Assembly (NCBI GenBank): GCA_965204155.1 | Contig: OZ241971.1 | Location: forward strand, 3,072,205-3,136,204 | Length of the DNA: 64,000 bases | Reading direction: 5' to 3' | From: Candidatus Rariloculaceae bacterium | GTDB lineage: Bacteria; Pseudomonadota; Gammaproteobacteria; Steroidobacterales; Rariloculaceae | Shown: positions 63,062 to 64,000 of the stretch, piece by piece | Layout of the letters: every line of letters starts with the position of its first letter | Position numbering within the stretch: the stretch's first letter is position 1 | The notes under the pieces: generated by a model | Database searches by the model: none | The model's input: only the letters and a program-made list of their open reading frames with translations | Told to the model about the DNA's origin: nothing | Position numbers and translations under genes: made by a program

Positions 63062-64000
63062 GTGCGCCAACGGCCGCTGCCCGACAACATCGCAAGTCGG
63101 AGCCTTGTGCCCGAGGCCAGGGTACGCGTCCGGCCGACACGCGTCGCGTGTCTTCAGCGCGTGCTGATCGCTGTAGCGGTAGTGGGCGCTGCCGTCGCCA
63201 TGCACGGGCACGCCATCGCCCAGCAGCTTCCGCCGCGAATCCTGAATCCCGAGGGTGCGGCGGTGTACGTACTGCCGGTGCGCGGGAACGTCTTCATGAT
63301 CAGCGGGGCGGGCGGCAACATCACCGCTTCGGTAGGCGTCGACGGCGTACTGATGGTGGACACCGGCCTGGCGCAGATGGGGGAGGAGGTACTCGGCGCC
63401 ATCCGGCGCATCCAGGACGCGCTTCAGGTCCAGGGCCTGCTGCTCATGGAACCGGCGAAGCGCGGCGGCGCGGAGACCGAGTCCAGAATGCCCTATCACC
63501 CCAGCATGAGCATGGACCTGCCGATGAGACCCGTTCGGCATATCATTAATACCCATGCACACGCCGAGAACGTGGGCGGCAACGAATTCTTCGCAGCGCT
63601 CGGCACGACGTACACCAGCGGCAACGTGGCCGGTACCATCGCCGATGCCGCCGAAGGCGCCCGGGTGATGGCCCATGAGAACGTGCTCAACCGGATGCTG
63701 CTCGCCGAGCGATCGTTCGGGAGCCTCCCCACGCTGACCTACTTCACCGACGGGTTCAAGTTCAGGACCTACTTCAACGGCGAGGGCATCCGCCTGTTTC
63801 ACATGCCCAATGCCCACACCGACGGCGACACCATCGTCTATTTCCACGGTTCGGACGTCATCAGCACCGGCGGAATCTTCTCCATGGAGACCTTTCCGGC
63901 CATCGACGTGGAGGCCGGCGGACATATCGACGGGATCATCGACGCACTGAATTTCATCATCGATCTGTCGATTCCGGAATTCAGGACCGAGGGCGGAACG
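63062..64000 (+). CDS. Secreted MBL-fold protein with degenerate metal motif; 3' end lies outside the window
   Basis: Absent from the ORF track because there is no stop in the window. My translation from the GTG at 63062 (GGAGG 5 nt upstream) reads ...VLIAVAVVGAAVAMHGHAIAQQ...VRGNVFMISGAGGNITASVGVDGVLMVDTG...HIINTHAHAENVGGNEFF...FHMPNAHTDGDTIVYF. It is a paralog of 2930..3790, but HxHxDH is replaced by HAHAEN. Confidence 0.7.
   Translation, partial: MRQRPLPDNIASRSLVPEARVRVRPTRVACLQRVLIAVAVVGAAVAMHGHAIAQQLPPRILNPEGAAVYVLPVRGNVFMISGAGGNITASVGVDGVLMVDTGLAQMGEEVLGAIRRIQDALQVQGLLLMEPAKRGGAETESRMPYHPSMSMDLPMRPVRHIINTHAHAENVGGNEFFAALGTTYTSGNVAGTIADAAEGARVMAHENVLNRMLLAERSFGSLPTLTYFTDGFKFRTYFNGEGIRLFHMPNAHTDGDTIVYFHGSDVISTGGIFSMETFPAIDVEAGGHIDGIIDALNFIIDLSIPEFRTEGGT

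Noticed and set aside
63040-63549. 169-aa plus-strand ORF listed in the track at the right end
   Set aside because: Its translation is Arg/Gly-rich nonsense. A different plus frame from 63062 gives a clean MBL-fold protein homologous to 2930..3790 and runs off the window, which is why the track omits it.
1-64000. rRNA, tRNA, tmRNA, prophage or conjugative modules
   Set aside because: Intergenic regions are short (mostly under 260 nt). None showed cloverleaf-like structure or conserved RNA cores on inspection. No phage structural, integrase or relaxase-like proteins appear in any frame.

Overview
High-GC (about 63-68% by eye) chromosomal segment from an aerobic Gram-negative environmental or marine-type proteobacterium. 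It is densely coded, with about 55 CDS supported. I found no rRNA, tRNA, CRISPR array, transposase or integrase. Most genes serve the envelope or periplasm: two TonB-dependent receptors, a TerC + HlyD-adaptor + LolCDE-like ABC export operon, SulP, MFS and an orphan TRAP binding protein. Secreted hydrolases include an HExxH metalloprotease, formamidase, carboxylesterase, a ricin-lectin/alpha-beta hydrolase, three MBL-fold proteins, an alkylsulfatase and an arylsulfotransferase. Periplasmic redox proteins include a PQQ quinohemoprotein, several c-type cytochromes and a CDGSH protein. Housekeeping-type enzymes are gcdH, a pabB-pabC fusion, a HisD-like dehydrogenase, an SDR, a ThDP enzyme and a 2-hydroxyacid dehydrogenase.

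Four things stand out.
(1) Ten genes (about 8.7 kb, roughly 14% of the window) belong to one uncharacterised secreted two-module family. One module has a predicted mature N-terminus His-His followed by a (N/S)PH motif. The other is a Cys-bracketed module with a G-x-S-x-G-x-W-E/D-G-D-x-L-V signature. The modules occur fused (4 genes) and split (2 + 4 genes), always beside membrane or redox partners.
(2) One split-module operon ends in a periplasmic thioredoxin-fold protein whose reading frame is interrupted only by a TGA inside a deiodinase-type C-L-T-U-P-P-F motif. An fdhF-like hairpin with a GGU loop follows, so this is a strong selenoprotein candidate (43628-44839).
(3) A translationally coupled Mre11/SbcD-like phosphoesterase and a 1178-aa Rad50/SMC-like ATPase form a pair. 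The ATPase has a central transmembrane hairpin and an unassigned C-terminal domain (26799-31603).
(4) An AT-richer island carries a convergent, 3'-overlapping type II restriction-modification pair (37078-38818).

Also notable is a small secreted protein made of five 15-aa repeats that each look like a TonB box (22751-23131). All family names come from motif recognition by eye and none was verified by a database search.
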